A stretch of 64,000 bases of DNA from contig OX597816.1 of assembly GCA_951406725.2 (NCBI GenBank), positions 8,246,001 through 8,310,000 on the forward strand. The letters run 5' to 3'. A model generated the notes under the pieces. That model ran no database searches, had not been told where the DNA came from, and was given only the letters and a program-made list of their open reading frames with translations. Origin of the DNA: Octopus vulgaris (taxonomy: Eukaryota). Positions 1-11,429 of the stretch are shown one piece after another. Every line of letters begins with the position of its first letter. The stretch's first letter is position 1. Made by a program: the position numbers and the translations under genes.

Positions 1-270
1 AAGTATAATGATACCGGTGCAATGTGTATACAATATATAATGATAAGAGGACAGCAATACTCTTCAGAGAAAATATCAATGAAACCATTTATCTCCTGTC
101 TTTTACTGTTTACGTGTTTCAGTTGTTACAATGTGGCCATGCTGTGGCACCGCTATGAAGAATCTTTAGTCGAATGACACGACCTCAGTACTTTTCATTA
201 AGCCTGGTACTTACTCTATCGGTTCCTTTTCACGAACAGCTAGGTGGTAGAGACTTAAACAAACAGAAAC

Positions 271-317
<47 letters not shown>

Positions 318-333
318 GTTAAAGATATATATG

Positions 334-381
<48 letters not shown>

Positions 382-857
382 GACGGGCTTCTTTCAGTTT
401 CCGTCTACCAAATCCACTCACAAGGCTTTGGTTGGCCAAGGCTATAGTAGAAGATTCTACTATATATAATATGAGCTTCTTTCAGTTTCTGTCCGCCAAA
501 TCCACTCACAAGTCTTTGGTTGCCTTGAAACTATAGAAGAAGGCGATTGCTCAAAGTCCAACGCAATGGAACTGAACCCAAAACGATGTGGTTAGGAAAC
601 AAACACCTTGCCACACAGTCGCGCCTGAGCTTTTATTATGAAATTATCTCATAAAACGAATTGCTAACTTCATTCTCCTTGTTAATGTTTGTATAAACTC
701 TACTACATTTACGGATTTTCAGACACATCATCAGTAAAACTCCCCATTTCCGTTTTATACTTGTATCTGATAGCCGTGGACGGGCTTAATAAAGCAAATA
801 CCAAGGTCAAAACCAAATGGAATTTATTTATTTGTGTATGTAAATAAATAAAATATA

Positions 858-1018
858 GGCGCAGGAGTGACTGTGTGGTAAGTAGCTTGCTAACCAACCA
901 CATGGCTCCGGGTTCAGTCCCACTGCTGGCATCTTGGGCAAGTGTTTTCTGCTATAGCCCCGGGCCGACCAATGCCTTGTAAGTGGATTTGGTAGACGGA
1001 AACTGAAAGAAGCCTGTC

Positions 1019-1068
<50 letters not shown>

Positions 1069-1069
1069 T

Positions 1070-1101
<32 letters not shown>

Positions 1102-1313
1102 AGTTTGTGTGTCTGTGTTTGTCCCTCTAGCATTGCTTGACAACCGGTGCTGGTGTGTTTACGTCCCCGTCACTTAGCGGTTCGGCAAAGGAGACCGATA
1201 GAATAAGTACTGGGCTTACAAAGAATAAGTCCCGGGGTCGATTTGCTCGACCAAAGGCTGTGCTCCAGCATGGCCGCAGTCAAATGACTGAAACAAGTAT
1301 AAAAGTATAAGAG
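858..1313 (+). mobile_element. tRNA-derived SINE family A (full copy)
   Basis: Box A-like TGGCTGTGTGG (here TGACTGTGTGG) and box B-like GGTTCAGTCCC head, internal (TA)/(TG) microsatellite, 3' tail ...CCAGCATGGCCGCAGTCAAATGACTGAAACAAGTA. Further copies at ~100-626(-), 1790-2092(+), 17593-17890(+), 19225-19450(-), 27165-27570(-), 50212-50648(-), 61940-62148(+). Confidence 0.9.
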
Positions 1314-1336
1314 TGAAATATATATATATATATATA

Positions 1337-1779
1337 TAGTGGTCGTATACTGTCAACTCAATGTGACAGTCCCGTAAGGGAATTACACCACCGCCATTTA
1401 ACCCTAGGAAACATCGACGTCTCCTGTCGGCTTTGACACATTTTCCGTGTCCTTATATTTGCAAAGGGGAGGCAAGCAATCACCCCGCCAGCTGGGACTA
1501 AGCACCTGAAGACATATGTTTCTGAGTCTATTGCTCGTCGTCAGTTCAGGGTAGCCTGCCTCGCTCGCTGAGATGACCGCAACCTCTTCGCAAATATATC
1601 ATATTTTCAGTAAAATTTATTTACTGATCACCGAAATTAGAAATATTGAATTTCTAAATGTCTTAGAGAGACATGAGCGGTGGTGGAGCGATATAGTGGT
1701 CGTATACTGTCAACTCAATGTGACAGTCCCGTAAAGGAATTACACCACCGCCATTTAGCCCTAGGAAACATCGATGTCT
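1337..1779 (-). mobile_element. HHR-bearing ~357-bp tandem-unit repeat (retrozyme/Penelope pLTR-like), family R1
   Basis: 1337-1420 is repeated directly at 1694-1777 (period 357). It contains a hammerhead at 1505-1550(-) and starts at a (TA)n tract. Confidence 0.75.
1505..1550 (-). ncRNA. Type I hammerhead ribozyme motif
   Basis: Minus strand: CCUGAA-CUGACGA-cGAG caauaga CUCa-GAA-ACAUAUGU-C-UUCAGG. It has a 6-bp stem I, an intact core, a palindromic short stem III and a GUC cleavage triplet. Confidence 0.85.
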
Positions 1780-2107
1780 TCTACCATAGTGTCTTCTGCC
1801 ATAGCCTCGGGCCGACTAAAGCCTTGTGAGTGGATTTGGTAGACGGAAACTGAAAGAAGGCCGTCGTGTATATGTATATATATGTATGTGTGTGTGTGTA
1901 TGTTTGTGTGTCTGTGTTTGTCCCCCCAAGATTACTTGACAACCGATGCTGGTGTGTTTAGGTTCCTGTAACTTAGTGGTTCGACCGATAGAGTAAGTAC
2001 TAGGCTTACAAAGAATAAGTCTTGGAGTCGATTTGCTTGACTAAAGGCGGTGCTCCAGCATGGCCACAGTCAAATGACTGAAACAAGTAAAATAGTATAC
2101 ATACATA

Positions 2108-4249
2108 CATAGCTGGGCGTAAGTCCGTTAATCCGTTAATTGTTAATTAACGAAGTCAACATTTTCGTTAACGATTTAACTTTTAAGTTAACTTTGAAAA
2201 TCATTATCGGACTAATTAACTTCAGTTACATTTATCTTCCGTTAACTCAAGTCCGTTAACCCAAACATTTCATAAAAACCGGTAAAAGTTTCTGTTTTCG
2301 GATTGTCTTATTTAATATTGTACGCGTCATTCTTTCAATCTCAATATAACGCCATTTATTATTATAAATAACTTGTTGGACCTCTTATGGCCCTGTCTGG
2401 ATATGAAACCAAATCCACCCAGCTTGTTGCTTGCAAAGACAGCGGGAAATTTGTTTGTTCTGTCAAGAAAGAAAAATTAATTGATGTGTTTTCGTTTGAT
2501 CCATGACATCGCTGAGGTGGATGTCAACAGAGAAAATATTGACTTCCATAAAGTGGAAAAAATAAATGGAAGGAATAAAGTCGGTGTGAACGCAAATAGC
2601 TGATGGGAGGTGGGAGCAGGGCATGCTAGAAATAGCAGCCAAATCTTTACTTTTCTGAGAGAAAAAAAAGGAGCCGTTTATGCGTGATTTCAATGTCACA
2701 TTCGTTGAAATCATGCAAAATAATCTGGAAAAGAAAAAAAGACCCACGTAACAAAACTTCCTTGGTGGGAAACTTCGAGGTCCCCACCTTCCCTCACACC
2801 TTTCTTTTTCCGGGAAAAAGTGGCTTGCAGCGGGTTTGGAGGCCAGATACGTTGAATGCACCTGAAAAAAAAATGTGGAAAAAATTATTCCACACCGAGG
2901 TACGAAATATTTACCGAAAGAATAAAATCTTGCACCGATTATACCTGTATTTTTTATCAATTCAAATTAATGTACCTCATCTTGGAAAGTGGAAAATTTT
3001 TTATCCGATGTGATCTGGGATAATTTTAGTAACAAATCAAACAGGTAGTATGCATTAAGAATTTCAATTTTAGTGTTTATCCATAAATATTATTCCTTTT
3101 ACACCTGTTAATTAAATTTACCTGCCCATAAAAGTCAAATTTATTCAGCAAGATCAGCTAAAATTACATAACTATAAACTAGTGATATATAAAGCAACCA
3201 CTGACAAACTTCAAATCTGTATGTAAAAAATTTACAAAGTTACAAGCAAATATTGTAGACACTTCTCTTGAACCTGAATAATTCAAAATAACGTGAACAA
3301 ATAAGCATTACATTTTAAAGATTAATTTGAACACTAAAAATGTTTTTATGTGTTTTTTTCTTACACACACGGTTGGGACTACATGTGTGTTACTTTGACA
3401 TCATCATTCCATAAGATTTGTTTATAGGGAAAAAAATATTGAAAAATATCAATAGGTTTTGGAATGTGCCAGGAACAGCCAGATCTCCCTTAAATCATAC
3501 ATTTTCCTCTGAAATTATTGACAATTTTTTTAAAACCAATAATGTTTCTCTCACGGGTTTTAAGTGAGTAGTGAAAAAAAATGACCAAAATCGTTTCGGA
3601 CTGGGGTAGTGAAGGGGTGGCGAGAGTGAAAAAATTTTTTTTTTATTTTTTCTTTCTTTTTTTCATGAAAAGATGCCTGTCATCATTCTGGAGACTTTGG
3701 CGAAGAACACTGGGAAAATCCCCGTCAAACAGAGAAATTCCAACTTCTGTGGGCCGTCTGATCCGAAACTCCGTTTTCTAGAAACTCCTCCCCGCCCCTT
3801 CCAAAAATGTTGCCAACAAATTTCTTTATAATCGTAATTTGAAAGGTATTTGTATAAAATTTCATTAAAAAATGCCTATTTTCCAGAAAGTTATAAGGAG
3901 GAAAATGTTGGGTCCTGTGAATTTTCCGAAAATCTTCTCCCCAAACCCTCGGAAATTTTTTTTTCCAACAAATCTTTACGTACTTTCAATCTACAGGATA
4001 TAAGCGATTATTTGGTGAAAGTTTTGTTAAAAAGTATCCATTTTTCTGGAAGTTATGAGACAACAGAGTCGGTGGGGTATAAAACTGTAGATAGGCCTTC
4101 TTTCAATAAAAGTTAACGTTAACGGATTACCGTTAACTTCCGTTAGATTTTCAAAGAATTAACGGATTAACGATTAACGAAGTTAATTTATTGGTTAACG
4201 GATTGACGATTAATGAAGTTAACTTTTCGATTAACGCTGCCCACCTCTG
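2108..4249. mobile_element. Non-autonomous/degenerate DNA transposon, probably hAT-type
   Basis: Imperfect termini CATAGCTGGGC...GCCCACCTCTG, with dense subterminal GTTAAC/CGTTAA motifs at both ends (2110-2260, 4110-4240). No clear TSD. Confidence 0.6.
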
Positions 4250-4447
4250 ATGTATCTAAAATTTAATTGCCAACATAACATGGCTGTCGTGTAAGGGACG
4301 TTGTTACTGTTTATTAGACCCAAGAAACATCGTTTCTCGCTGGCTATACGACATATCTGTGTCATATAAATACATATGTTTGTGTGTGTGTGTGTGTGTG
4401 TGCGTGTGTGTGTGTGTGTGTATCTATGTATATATATGTATATATAT

Positions 4448-4562
4448 TACATGCAGTTAAATATATGTCCGGCCATAGAGTGATCAATGGTTTTGCATCC
4501 GCACTTTATGGATGCGAAACCATTGGTCACTCTATGACCGGACATACATTTAACTGCATGTA
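4448..4562. repeat. Near-perfect palindrome (MITE-like foldback)
   Basis: TACATGCAGTTAAATATATGTCCGGCCATAGAGTGATCAATGGTTTTGCATCC pairs with its reverse complement across a ~9-nt loop; TA at both ends. Confidence 0.8.
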
Positions 4563-4678
4563 AATACATTACTGCTCTCTCCTTAAGAGTGTGCTTCTAA
4601 CGATATGTACATACATACATACATACATACATACATACATACATACATACATACATACATACATACATAATATATATA

Positions 4679-4739
<61 letters not shown>

Positions 4740-4907
4740 AGCAGGATCAGCCATCTGAATGTGGCTAGGGACAGGGCGGGGTGGTGGGGGTGTTACTGAT
4801 GCATTTAGCCCCAGGCGACTATCGACGTCACCAGAAGAGCCGACACCATCACGGTGTCCTTGCTAGCCTGCAAAGGGAGATCAGCCTCACCGAAGATACG
4901 GATGCTA

Positions 4908-4950
4908 CACACGGACCGGTTTCGAGGTATTTGCCTCTTGTCAGCGCATG
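4908..4950 (-). ncRNA. Type I hammerhead motif with G8->A change
   Basis: Reverse complement of the motif at 5225-5267. Confidence 0.7.
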
Positions 4951-5224
4951 GCAAGCACCGTTCTTCGCTGAGGGACTTCCTGTACAGGCCAGATATATAT
5001 AGATTTTCACAGTAACCACAGTCACTGGCGTAGAAAATCCGTTCGATAACAATAATAAATCTCTGAGCGAGGTATAAACAGTAACTGCTCTATAATATAA
5101 GCGGGATCAGCCATCTGAATGTGGCTAGTCGAACGGATTTTCTACGCCAGTGACTGTGGTTACTGTGAAAATCTATATATATCTGGCCTGTACAGGAAGT
5201 CCCTCAGCGAAGAACGGTGCTTGC

Positions 5225-5267
5225 CATGCGCTGACAAGAGGCAAATACCTCGAAACCGGTCCGTGTG
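5225..5267 (+). ncRNA. Type I hammerhead motif with G8->A change
   Basis: CAUGCG-CUGACAA-GAGG caaaua CCUC-GAA-ACCGGU-C-CGUGUG. The core is CUGACAA rather than CUGACGA (CpG-type transition); palindromic ACCGGU; GUC site. Confidence 0.7.
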
Positions 5268-5485
5268 TAGCATCCGTATCTTCGGTGAGGCTGATCTCCC
5301 TTTGCAGGCTAGCAAGGACACCGTGATGGTGTCGGCTCTTCTGGTGACGTCGATAGTCGCCTGGGGCTAAATGCATCAGTAACACCCCCCACCACCCCGC
5401 CCTGTCCCTAGCCACATTCAGATGGCTGATCCCGCTTATATTATAGAGCAGTTACTGTTTATACCTCGCTCAGAGATTTATTATT

Positions 5486-5555
<70 letters not shown>

Positions 5556-5584
5556 TAATTTAGATGACAATTTATTCACCGCAC

Positions 5585-5618
<34 letters not shown>

Positions 5619-5622
<4 letters not shown>

Positions 5623-6456
5623 GTGCTGTGAATAAATTATCATCTAAATTACGCAAAAATGAAAATAACACTGACATCTCATTTTAACAGATATATTTAC
5701 CAAAATTACTTTTAAATATTTTGAAATACTAAAGAGTAAATTTATTCAATAAAATCGCCATTGGCTTCAACCACGGCCTCCAGACGACTTCGGAATCTGC
5801 TACAACTCTTCTTGGCGGTCTCCTTGTTGGTGAATGCTGCCATAATCCATGTCTTCAGTTCATTTTTGGTGTCGCAAGGAGTTTTGTTGTTCTCTCGCTC
5901 AACTACGCCCCACACATAATAATCAATGGGGTTGCAGTCTGGGGAGTTAGGTGGCCAGACGTTAGGGGTGATGTGGTCACAAATTGTCTGACAGCCATGA
6001 CTGGGTTCTTCTGCTGTTGTGGAATGGTGCAGAGTCTTGTTGCCAAAGGGTTTTCCAGCAGCCACCCTTTTGACCCAGGACAACAATAACCCTTTCAGGC
6101 ACTCGATGTAGGCCTCCGTGTTGAGTCTTAGGCCGTATGGGAAGATGAATGGAGACATAAAGTTGCTATCACTAATGATCACTCCAAACACCATGATGTT
6201 GACTGGTCGTTTGATTTTTATTACTCTTGGTGCATGTTTTGTGGACTCAGATTCGTATTGGAGCTCCCGGTGGGGATGCCAAGCATTACAGCATGTCGAT
6301 TCCAAATTTGTTGCAGAGTGAATTGTGTCATGGTGCTGTTTTTCTCACAGACGGTGCCCAACTGACCCTGCTATACTACGTATTCGACAGAATCAAAAGC
6401 AAACAATGCGCGAAATTAAAAATATAATATGGCGACAATTTACCCATCGCACCCTG
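5619..6456 (-). mobile_element. Internally deleted Tc1/mariner (maT/DD37D-like) transposon
   Basis: ORF 5742-6305 has IMVFGVI...WPPNSPDCNPIDYYVWG...RLEAVVEANGDFIE. Imperfect TIRs CAGAGTGCTGTGAATAAATT / CAGGGTGCGATGGGTAAATT, flanked by TA. Confidence 0.88.
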
Positions 6457-6640
6457 TATGTGTCGACCTCGGCGGAATTTGAACTTAGAGCGTAGCGGCA
6501 GACGAACTACTGCTTAGCATTTCGCCCGGCGTGCTAACCGTTCTGCCAGTTCGCCGCCTTACACACTTCTTTATCTGCTCTATTTATATACATACATCCA
6601 TCCATACATACATACATACATACATACATACATACATTCA

Positions 6641-6676
<36 letters not shown>

Positions 6677-6925
6677 CATATGTTTAAATTCCATCGAGGT
6701 TGACTTTGCCTTTCATCCTTTCGGGGTCGATAAATTAAGTACAAGTTACGTACTGGGGTCGATCTAATCGACTGGTCCCATCGCCCCAAATTTCGGGGTT
6801 AGTGCCTATAGTAAAAAGATAAAGAAGTGTGTGTGTGTAGACATATACACATACAGGGTGCGATGGGTAAATTGTCGCCATATTATATTTTTAATTTATA
6901 CATACATACATACATACATACACAT

Positions 6926-7058
<133 letters not shown>

Positions 7059-7707
7059 TACATATATATTTGTATGTACATGTATATGTATGAAAGTGTA
7101 TGTATATGGTATCACCTGATTATACAGTCACGCAACGTCAATTGTGATACGTTCCAATTAATAGCCAGTGGTTAATCTGATTCGAAATCTGCACCAATAA
7201 TGTGGTCGATGTTTCAATATGTCAGCTGCTGACGGCGAATACAAAATATTGAAGTTATGTGATACGAAGCGACAGCGGCGGCGGCGGTGGCGGCAGCGGA
7301 AGCAAACGAGAAGCAAACGAGACTTCGAAAACGAACGACAACGTTAGTGTGAGGGAGGAAGGGGAGGAAGGGGAGAGAGAGTAGGTCTTGCAGCAGGCAG
7401 CGATAGCCTGGCACAAAATGGCTGCTGAAACATAATTTGAGCTTAGAACATAAAGACGCCGGTCGAAATAGCGCTTATTTCGTTCTGAGTGCTAACTCTT
7501 CTGTCAGCTCACCATTCAATTTTCAGATACCCCCAATCAAATTATTTTAGACGAATAAAAACCAAATCTTTTCCTTCATCTCCCCAACAGTTTATCGTTT
7601 GTTGAGGTTTCTCAATGTAATCGTGCGTTATTTATTTATTTATTTATACTAACATTGAAATTCAATTCCCTTGTTAAAAGTAACCCTATCATTAATACAA
7701 TAAATAT

Positions 7708-7924
7708 ATAAATGCGCCCTTTTAAAGCCTAGCCAGGTTCATGGGCCCGGTTTCCCGGTTTCAATGGCGTATGTGTTCCGCAGCGTTACTCATTTTTGCC
7801 AGCTGAGTGGACTGGAGCGACGTGAAATGCTCAAGAACACAACGCGTCGCCTAGTCCAGGAATCGAAACCACAATCTTACGATCATGATGCTGACACTCT
7901 AACCACTAAGCCACGCGCCTCCAC
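7708..7924 (-). mobile_element. tRNA-derived SINE family D
   Basis: Minus: GTGGAGGCGCGTGGCTTAGTGG (box A)...GGTTTCGATTCC (box B)...CTCCAGTCCACTCAGCTG...tail GAAACCGGGAAACCGGGCCCATG. The 3' half also occurs at 27570-27686(+). Confidence 0.8.
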
Positions 7925-8029
7925 CTGCCATTAATATACTTTACTTTTATTTCTTTTAGCATTTTTTAATTCTTAATTTACTTAATCTGAATTAACTTTC
8001 ATCGTATTCTGCCCTTCAATACTTTGGAT

Positions 8030-8712
8030 TTGCCTCTAATGGCAGTACTGCCAGGAAGCTCTACCAGTTCGAAACAAGCTCTACAGACACAGAAGTGCTG
8101 TCTGATGGACCTGTCCGAGGTGTGCATAGGATGATGAAACCTTCCTGCATGCATTTGTCCCGTCTTCGTGCATTACTGACTGGTGGAGCTTTGTCGAACA
8201 GCTGTTGTCGCGTGTAGGACGGATCCGGTCATCAACCGAGTCCATCGTGAATATCGCTCCGCCGCCTTCCTTTGGCCAGGGAGGAAAGGCAGTTTTCCTC
8301 TGTCTAGTGGCTACGGCGAAGGAGGTAGTGTGGTGGACGTGATTGATAGAACTGAAGACAGATACTTTCCTATTTGGCCAAGCCCTCATCCACTTGAAAA
8401 GGAAATTGAGAGTAGAGAAGGAAGTTCTTCCCCCACCCCCAGTAAATTTGTTGAAAGGCGGGTGAATGAGGCGAGGATGGCCGGTGTGAATGGTTTTACT
8501 CTGAACTTTTGTTTGTAAACCGGAAGAGTTGAGAAAGAGAGAGGCGCCTGCTGAGGTGGGATTCTTCGGTTGTCCCTATGAGGAAATTTTCCCTTTTGAG
8601 GAATTATTATTATTGTTAATCGTTACCTATTGTATATACGGCATTGTTCAACACCCCACTTGTCCCTTATATTGTATCATCCTTATTTGTTTTGTGTTCG
8701 GCAATAAGGGAA
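8030..8712 (+). mobile_element. Tx1/L1-clade LINE 3' fragment
   Basis: Broken frame TCPRCA*DDETFLHAFV...FVEQLLSRVGR, homologous to the ORF at 62915-63573. Confidence 0.75.
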
Positions 8713-8744
8713 CGATTATGATTATTTTATTATTATTTTTTTTC

Positions 8745-8965
8745 TTTTAATCTCAGGGTTTTTTGCAACTCCTGGAGTCTTGCATGCGAAGCGGGCTTGC
8801 TGCCTGCAGCCTACGGTACCATGCTATCTGTTCTCAATTATTTGATACTTTCCTGATTATTTAGACCTCTTATAACAGTTCTACTGAGCACTCTATTCCA
8901 ATTTCCTTGATATTCCCCTTAATGCTTTCTGATATTCTTCCCAGGGGCCTAACAATAATTGGCTC
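8745..8965 (-). mobile_element. R4/Dong-like LINE 3' end
   Basis: Reverse-complement homolog of 46390-46635 (PIIVG.LG...RKVS); ends in an ATT-rich tract. Confidence 0.6.
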
Positions 8966-9201
8966 TACCTATTTCTTTACTACCCACAAGGAGCTAAACA
9001 CAGAGAGGACAAACAAGGACAGACAAACGGATTAAGTCGATTATATCGACCCCAGTGCACAACTGGTACTTAATTTATCGACCCCGAAAGGATGAAAGGC
9101 AAAGTCGACCTCGGCGGAATTTGAACTCAGAACGTAACAGCAGACGAAATACCGCTAAGCATTTCGCCCGGCATGCTAACAATTCTGCCAGCTCGCCGCC
9201 T
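8966..9201 (-). mobile_element. tRNA-derived SINE family B
   Basis: Head GGCGGCGAGCTGGCAGAA, box B-like GAGTTCAAATTCC, conserved core GGTCGACTTTGCCTTTCATCCTTTCGGGGTCGATAAATTAAGTACCAG. Other copies at ~6463-6558(-), 6685-6820, 10329-10525, 11170-11400, 24128-24293, 30305-30477, 37243-37432, 42208-42397, 42766-42996, 53289-53382, 53937-54105. Confidence 0.9.
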
Positions 9202-9274
9202 TTTTTTTATAATTGGCACTACCTTCACCTTCTTCATTTCCCTTCGCCGGGCTATTTCGTGCTTAAGTGGCTTA

Positions 9275-9356
<82 letters not shown>

Positions 9357-9405
9357 CCTACCTACCTACCTATCTATCTATCTATCTATCTATCTACCTA
9401 CCTAC

Positions 9406-9481
<76 letters not shown>

Positions 9482-9712
9482 TCGCCTTCTTTCTTGATTA
9501 TTCGTTGGTCAAAGGGACATGCAACAGCAACTATATAGCACGTGTAGTGCATCTTGTCGACCACCACTAGGTCCGGTCTGATATGCTCTAGCACCTGATC
9601 TGTTTGGATTGGAAAAACCTACAGGATTTTGCAAGTCTCCGACTCCACCACGCTCTGCGGTTTGTGCTCATACCACGTTTTGCCTCTTTCTAGCTCCCAC
9701 TTTTAGCACAGT

Positions 9713-9769
<57 letters not shown>

Positions 9770-9770
9770 G

Positions 9771-9801
<31 letters not shown>

Positions 9802-9981
9802 TGTAAGTTGTTGAATTTTTTCGTTGTTATAAAGCTTGTTTACACAGACTTTTTTCTTTCGAAAAACAGACAAAACCTTTTGTAACCTTTCGTCCTGTTT
9901 TGTCCCTTTAAGTCTTCCAATCATATTTGTCAGCCCTTGTGGCCAATAAAAAGAATTTATCATTATTATTATTATTATTAT

Positions 9982-10046
<65 letters not shown>

Positions 10047-10047
10047 T

Positions 10048-10316
10048 TGGGAAAGTGCGACAACGTTCTCGGGGAGACTCTGGGCACCGACGAAAACGAA
10101 TTGGCTAGTCCGTTCCGGGGGACTTTCCGGTCAGGAACTGACATGAATAATTTCCGGATGTCCTTGGCCCGGCAGTGCTACCGAGTGGTGCAACCCGTCC
10201 GAGATAAACTCAACAGGCACGGATGTACTGTCAGACGGGCTTGTCTGAGGTGCGCACAAAGTGGCGAAACCGTCTTGCACACACTCGTTCAGTGTCCGGG
10301 CATTGCTGACTTGTAG
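10048..10316 (+). mobile_element. Tx1/L1-clade LINE fragment (zf-RVT/CCHC region)
   Basis: NNFRMSLARQCYRVVQPVRDKLNRHG...CLRCAQSGETVLHTLVQCP, same family as 62915-63573. Confidence 0.75.
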
Positions 10317-10527
10317 GGGTCATGTTGGTGGCGGCGAGCTAGCAGACACGTTAGCGCGCCTGGGCAAAATGCTTAGCGGTATTTCGTCTGTCGTTACGTT
10401 CTGAGTTCAAATTCCGCCTTTCATTCTTTCGGGGTCGATAAATTAAGGACCAGTCAAGCACTGGGATCGATGTAATCGACTAGTCCCCTCCCCCAAAATG
10501 TCGGGCCTTGTGCTTTTAGCAGAAAAG

Positions 10528-10613
<86 letters not shown>

Positions 10614-10625
10614 TATTATTATTAT

Positions 10626-11094
10626 TGAGTGAGAGAGCAGTGCATGCCATCAAAGTGACACTGGGGTAAAATATACGAAGCCCAGTATACCCATCATGAC
10701 TACCCGTCTGATAAAGGTACACCAGGCACATGCATCACAACCATATGTGCGCGACATGGTGATCTCATATCAAGATAAACAGCACATGACCTTGCAGGTG
10801 GGGCCCAGTTAGAATTTTCTTCAGGTTGAGTAGCCCATCCCACTCAAAAGGTCTCTGAATAAGGGTTGTTTAAGGATGTTGAAAGAACCACCCATGTTTC
10901 CAGAGGTGAATTATTCAAACCCCAAAGAATCCCCCCAACACATGGCCATGATGCTCCCCCACTACTTCTGCTCGTGATCAGAGATGCACATATCGTCAGC
11001 CACTAAGGGACATGCTCAACTGGTTAAGGTCAAACAACTGACAAGCAAATCTGTGGTATTGAGCAGAATATTTGCTGTAGCCCATCTTTTATAC

Positions 11095-11095
<1 letters not shown>
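10626..11095 (-). mobile_element. ~470-bp non-coding interspersed element embedded in (ATT)n
   Basis: Complex sequence bounded exactly by long (ATT)n tracts on both sides; no meaningful ORF. Confidence 0.5.
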
Positions 11096-11167
<72 letters not shown>

Positions 11168-11429
11168 AAAGGCAGCGAGCTGGCAGAAACGTTAGCACGC
11201 CGGGCGAAATGCGTAGCTGTATTTCGTCTGTAGTTATGTTCCGAGTTCAAATTCCGCCGAGGTCCACTTTGCTTTTCATCCTTTCGGGGTCGATGAAATA
11301 AGTACCAGTTACGCACTAGGGTCGATGTAATCGACTTAATCCCTTTGTCTGTCCTTGTTTGTCCCCCCTGTGTTTAGCCCCTTGTGGGTAGTAAAGAAAT
11401 ATAATTATTATTATTATCATCATCATCAT

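Larger units (their letters stand above)
4731..5487. mobile_element. HHR-bearing ~360-bp unit repeat, family R2 (tandem plus inverted copy)
   Basis: The unit start at 4731 recurs at 5091 (period 360). 5129-5487 is a near-identical inverted copy. (TA)n on both sides. Confidence 0.8.

Noticed and set aside
705-738. CUGAUGA...GAAA on the minus strand
   Set aside because: No pairable stem II or stem III; likely a chance match.
10960-11015. GUC-hairpin-CUGACGA on the minus strand (type III HHR-like)
   Set aside because: No GAAA or stem III partner downstream, and stem I is only 2-3 bp.
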